From: an uncultured bacterium
GTDB lineage: Bacteria; Chloroflexota; UBA5177; JANWHV01
Reading direction: 5' to 3'
DNA: 64,000 bases
Assembly: GCA_963827235.1 (NCBI GenBank)
Contig: CAWHAE010000017.1
Coordinates: 128,001 to 192,000 of the forward strand
The notes beneath the pieces were generated by a model. That model was given only the letters and a program-made list of their open reading frames with translations. It made no database searches and was not told where the DNA came from. Of this stretch, positions 59,452 through 64,000 are shown piece after piece; the first letter of the stretch is position 1, and every line of letters begins with the position of its first letter. Position numbers and translations under genes: made by a program.

Positions 59452-61398
59452 CTACGCGTGGAGCGGCTCCTCGATGGCTCGCCCGGTGAACTGACTGTTA
59501 TGCAGATCAGCGTAGAAGCCCTTCTGTGCCAGCAGGTCGCGGTGGTTACCCTGCTCGATGATCCGGCCGTGGTTCATGACCAGGATGGTCTGCGCGTCAC
59601 GGATGGTCGAGAGACGGTGCGCGATCACAAAGCTGGTCCGGTTCTGCATCAACTGAGCCATGGCAGCCTGAATCAGCACTTCGGTACGCGAGTCGACACT
59701 GCTGGTGGCCTCATCCAGAATCAGAATCGCCGGGTCGTGCAGGAAGGCACGGGCAATCGTCAGCAGTTGCTTTTGTCCCTGTGAGATATTCGATGCTTCT
59801 TCATTGAGCACCGTGTCATAGCCATCAGGCAGAGTGCGGATGAAGTGATCGGCGTGGGCGGCGACAGCGGCGCTCACAATCTCGTCCTCGGTCGCATGCT
59901 CTTTGCCGTAGCCGATGTTCTCCCGGACCGTGCCGTGGAAGAGCCAGGTGTCCTGCAATACCATGCCGAACATCCGGCGCAAGTCGCCGCGCCGCATGCG
60001 ATGGATGTCGACGCCGTCGACGGTGATCTGTCCCGCTTGGACCTCGTAGAAACGCATGAGCAGGTTGACGAGGGTCGTTTTGCCCGCGCCGGTAGGGCCG
60101 ACGATGGCAACGCTTTGTCCCTGCGCGGTGGTGATATTCATGTTCTCGATCAACGGTTGATCCGGGACGTAGGCAAACGTCACGTCCCGAACCTCGATCT
60201 CGCCGCGCGGATGTTCCAGCACAACCGCCTCTACCGAGTCGGCCGGCTCTTCGCTTTCGTCCAGCAATGCGAAGACACGCTCCGCGCAGGCGATAGTCGA
60301 TTGGATCACGTTGGCGATGTTGGCCGTCTGGATGATTGGCTGCGTGAACTGCTGTGAGTACTGGATGAACGCCTGGATATCGCCAACGGCGATCTGATTC
60401 TTCGTCACCATGATGCCGCCGACCACCGAGATGATCACGTAGCCGATGTTACTGACGAAATTCATGAGCGGCATGATGATGCCCGAGATAAACTGCGCTC
60501 TCCAGCCGGCTGCATAGAGTCGATCGTTGATCTGGTCGAACGTCTCGATCGACTCGGCCTCGTGCCCGAATGCTTTAACGACCACGTGCCCTGTGTACAT
60601 CTCCTCGACGTGCCCCGAGATTGCCGCGAGCTCCCCTTGCTGACTGGCAAAGTACCGTTGCGAACGCCGAGCGATCACCATGGTGACGACGATATACAGG
60701 GGCAAGGTGACGATCACTATGCCCGTGAGCGCAACGCTGATGCTCAGCATCATCACGATCACGCCGGCGATGGTGACCAAGGATGTGATGAGCTGGGTCA
60801 TGTTCTGCTGCAGGGTGGTAGAAATGGTATCGATGTCGTTGGTAACGAGGCTCAGGATTTCCCCATGTGTCCGACCGTCGAAGTACTCGAGGGGCAGGCG
60901 AGCCAGTTTGGCGTCGACATCCTGGCGCAGGGTGTACACGGTCTTTTGCGCAATCCCGGCCATCATGTACTGCTGAATGAAGCTCAAGATCGAACTGACG
61001 AGGTAGAGGGCGATCAACCAGAGCAGGATATGCCCGATGCCAGCGAAGTCAATCTTCGGCAGCGAGATGTGCAGCCCAAACGCCTTGTCTTTCCCTGCAA
61101 CGATCAGCTTGGCCTCCACGCCATTGAAGATCTTGGTGGTGGCTTGGCCCATCAGCTTCGGGCCCGCAACACTAAAGACCGTGCTGCCGATGGCAAATAC
61201 CGCGACTGCCAGCAGCCGCATGTGGTGCGGCTTCAGGTAGGCAAGCAGTCTCCGCAGCGTGCCGCGGAAGTCCTTCGCCTTCTCCACAGGACGGCCTAGG
61301 GCGCCACCCGGGCCACCTTCGGGTCGTCCAGGACCGCGCGTCCCCGGTCGCACGCTCGTGCCCCCACCCGCAGAGGTCCCAGCTACGCGGGTGCTCAT
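59452..61398 (-). CDS. ABC exporter, TMD-NBD subunit
   Basis: GPTGAGKT, ISQGQKQ, LDEATSSVD, AHRLST. Confidence 0.95.
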   Translation of the reverse strand: MSTRVAGTSAGGGTSVRPGTRGPGRPEGGPGGALGRPVEKAKDFRGTLRRLLAYLKPHHMRLLAVAVFAIGSTVFSVAGPKLMGQATTKIFNGVEAKLIVAGKDKAFGLHISLPKIDFAGIGHILLWLIALYLVSSILSFIQQYMMAGIAQKTVYTLRQDVDAKLARLPLEYFDGRTHGEILSLVTNDIDTISTTLQQNMTQLITSLVTIAGVIVMMLSISVALTGIVIVTLPLYIVVTMVIARRSQRYFASQQGELAAISGHVEEMYTGHVVVKAFGHEAESIETFDQINDRLYAAGWRAQFISGIIMPLMNFVSNIGYVIISVVGGIMVTKNQIAVGDIQAFIQYSQQFTQPIIQTANIANVIQSTIACAERVFALLDESEEPADSVEAVVLEHPRGEIEVRDVTFAYVPDQPLIENMNITTAQGQSVAIVGPTGAGKTTLVNLLMRFYEVQAGQITVDGVDIHRMRRGDLRRMFGMVLQDTWLFHGTVRENIGYGKEHATEDEIVSAAVAAHADHFIRTLPDGYDTVLNEEASNISQGQKQLLTIARAFLHDPAILILDEATSSVDSRTEVLIQAAMAQLMQNRTSFVIAHRLSTIRDAQTILVMNHGRIIEQGNHRDLLAQKGFYADLHNSQFTGRAIEEPLHA

Positions 61399-63122
61399 GC
61401 GATCTCCTCCTCAGAAAGTTGCGAGCTCACAATCTCGCGGTAGACAGCGCAGGTATCCATCAAGTCCCTGTGGCAGCCGATCCCCACGACGTGCCCGTCG
61501 TCCAGCACAATGATCTGGTCGGCGTCCATCACGGTGGCCACACGCTGGGCGATGATGATAGCGCATGCATCGGCAAGCTGGCCCTTGAGCGCTGCACGAA
61601 GTCGGGCATCGGTCTTGAAGTCCAGGGCCGAGAAACTGTCGTCAAACACGTAGATCTCAGGCTTGCGGACCAACACCCTGGCGATAGCCAGGCGCTGTTT
61701 CTGACCACCCGACATGTTCGTGCCACCCTGCGCAATGGAGGAATCGACGCCGTCTGACATGCTCTGCACGAAGTCGGCAGCCTGCGCGACAGAGACAGCC
61801 TGCATCACGGCAGCCTCCGAGGCGTTCTTGTTGCCGTAGCGGATATTCTCGGCGACGGTGCCGCTGAACAGCACGGCGCGCTGGGGCACGAAGCCGATTC
61901 TCCGGCGCAGCTCCGCCTGGGCGATATGTCGAATATCGACGCCATCAACCAGGATTCGCCCGGCATCGACGTCGTAGAACCGTTCGAGCAGATGCACCAT
62001 GGTGGACTTGCCCGACCCAGTCCCACCGATGATTGCCGTCACCTCGCCACGTCGTGCGCCGAACGAGACGTCCTCGATGGCCGGTTGTTCCGCCCCGGGG
62101 TAATGGAATGTCACCCGATCGAACTCGACATGCGCGTGCTCGAGCGAGATCGAAACGGATTGGGCAGGGTCGACGATGTCCGGCTATGTGTCGAGCACTT
62201 CGTTGATGCGGACCGCCGACGCTGCAGCGCGAGGCACCATGACAAACATCAGGGAGACCATGAGCACGGAGAACATGATCTGCGTGGCGTACTGCAGGAA
62301 CGCCATCAGGGAGCCGACTTCCATGCCACCGGCGTCGATACGCACTGCGCCGAACCAGATAATCGCGATACTCGCAAAGTTCATGATCAGCATCAAGGCG
62401 GGGAAGGTGAATGCCATGATGCGATTGACACGGATGGCATTGTCCGTCAGGTCCGCGTTGGCGTCCCGAAAACGCTCATGCTCGCGATCAATCCGGTCGA
62501 AGGCGCGAACGACGCGGATGCCCATGAGCCCTTCGCGCATGACGAGGTTCAGCTTGTCCAGCTTGACCTGCATCAGGCGGAATAACGGCACAGCCTTTGT
62601 CATGATCAGCAGAATAGTGCCAACCAGAACGGGAATGGCCACGGCCAGAACGATCGTCAACGGCCGGTCTTTGGAGAAGGCCATGATCAGGCCGCCAATC
62701 ATCATCATGGGTGCCATGACCATCATGCGCAGCACCATGTTGGTCACCGTCATCACCTGCGTAACGTCGTTGGTGGTGCGCGTGATCAGGGTGGCCGTGC
62801 CGAAAACGTCGAATTCATTGAGCGAGAAGCTGGAGACGCGCGTGAACAGCCTACGACGCACATCCCTGCCCAGAGCGGTCGAGGTGCGCGCGGCGAGGTA
62901 GCTGGCCGCCACCGAGCACAACATGCCGGCGCAGGCGACGAGCAGCATCCAACCGCCGCGGCCGACGATGTAGGTCTCGTTCTTTGTGAGCACGCCAACA
63001 TCGATGATGTCCGACATGAGCGTGGGCAGGTACAGGCTGGCCAGACACTGCGCAAAGATGAGCGCGAGAATGCCGGCGATGGAGCGCCTGTACGGTTCGA
63101 GATATCGATAGAGTCGAATCAC
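61395..63122 (-). pseudogene. ABC exporter partner subunit interrupted by an in-frame TAG at 62186-62184
   Basis: Reads ...INEVLDT*PDIVDP...VEFDRVTFHY in one frame; GGTGSGKS, MSGGQKQ, degenerate FDDSFSALD and AQR. Confidence 0.85.
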
Positions 63123-63257
63123 GTATCCTGTATCACTTTCTTGTCCGTGTGCCGTTCGAGTGCCCCGGCAGCATATGGACTGCCCCCTCCGAACGCTCCG
63201 CACATTGTTCAGCGCGTATGGTCTCCAGCGCATCACGCCGGAATATCGTCCTGCGCA

Positions 63258-63998
63258 CTACGCGACCTCCTCGCTCTCCGTCGTACCGCGCGTGCTGAGT
63301 GCCGCGTGGTGGAGCGAAGAAGGGAACCAGTTCCATCTCCCGATCAGGACCACAAGCGAGGGTATGAGGAGCGTGCGGATCAGGAACGTGTCCATCAAGA
63401 TGCCGGCGGCAATCCCCAGGCCGATTTGCTGGATTTGACCGCCCCCGGCCACCGTGAGGACCGCAAAGGAGCCGGCCAGGATCAAGCCGGCGGAGGTCAC
63501 CGTGCCGCCGGTGGCATTGATGGCGCGCACGACCGCCTCGCGCAGGGCACCCTCGTGTGCCTCCTCGCGAATGCGCGTCATGACCAGGATGTTGTAGTCC
63601 GAGCCAAGGGCCATGATGAAGATGAACATGAAGAACGGCAGGATGAAACTGATGCCTGCCGCCCCTTGCAGGCCTTGGAAGACCGCGACCGCAAAGCCGA
63701 GGGCCGCGAGATAGGATAGACCGACGCTGGCGATGAGATACCACGGGGCCACGATGCTGCGCAAAACAATGGCAAGCAAGAGGGCGATGACGAGCAGCAC
63801 GACCGGCACCACGCGCACGATGTCGCTCGTGGAGGTGTCGCTGATATCGCGGAACAAGGCTGCTTCACCGGCCACGCCACTTGCCGTGGCATGGGTCAGC
63901 GTTGCTACCTGAGACACGGCCTGGCGAATGCTCGGCACTGCCTGCATCGCTTGGGTCGTGGTCGGATCGCCCGCGGCCAGCGCCACGTAGAACTGCAC
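63258..63998 (-). CDS. MMPL/RND family transporter, C-terminal part (runs off the window)
   Basis: ALGSDYNILVMTRIREE, TGGTVTSAGLILAGSF, DTFLIRTLLIP. Confidence 0.9.
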   Translation of the reverse strand: MQFYVALAAGDPTTTQAMQAVPSIRQAVSQVATLTHATASGVAGEAALFRDISDTSTSDIVRVVPVVLLVIALLLAIVLRSIVAPWYLIASVGLSYLAALGFAVAVFQGLQGAAGISFILPFFMFIFIMALGSDYNILVMTRIREEAHEGALREAVVRAINATGGTVTSAGLILAGSFAVLTVAGGGQIQQIGLGIAAGILMDTFLIRTLLIPSLVVLIGRWNWFPSSLHHAALSTRGTTESEEVA

Positions 63999-64000
63999 GG

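Noticed and set aside
5543-62186. Genome-wide stop-codon reassignment suggested by in-frame TAG/TGA cases
   Set aside because: Many intact genes here end at TAG or TGA at their expected C-termini, so both are normal stops.
1-64000. CRISPR array, rRNA or tRNA genes
   Set aside because: No regularly spaced repeats, cloverleaf or rRNA signature seen by eye.

Overview
GC-rich bacterial window, with gene style reminiscent of soil Chloroflexota (inference only). No rRNA, tRNA or CRISPR array was seen. (1) 1-24 kb: stress and metal genes (PRC-barrel proteins, GAF/PAS histidine kinase, YihY, hemerythrin), a GH130 plus sugar ABC operon, and an ECF sigma-USP-Arg/Lys/Orn decarboxylase-antiporter-VIT1 acid-stress cluster. 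(2) 24.2-59 kb: a mosaic island lying between two pieces of a GH51 arabinofuranosidase gene that share a 99-bp direct repeat. It holds a LacI/ABC/GH31/enolase-superfamily locus, a truncated chemoreceptor, a frameshifted parAB module with a tandem Zn-finger gene, a ~17-kb catabolic cluster of mostly uncharacterised enzymes, and a decayed Tn3-family element with a tyrosine recombinase and a recognisable inverted repeat. The catabolic cluster encodes URO-D-like, creatininase-like, Zn-ADH, ferritin-like diiron, ribokinase, Cys-less FGE-fold and two orphan glycosidase-like proteins, and three of its promoters share a palindromic operator. (3) 59-64 kb: a heterodimeric ABC exporter (one subunit has an in-frame TAG) and an MMPL transporter. 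The best candidate for an undescribed system is the 39-55.7 kb catabolic regulon. All family assignments come from motif recognition by eye, not database searches.
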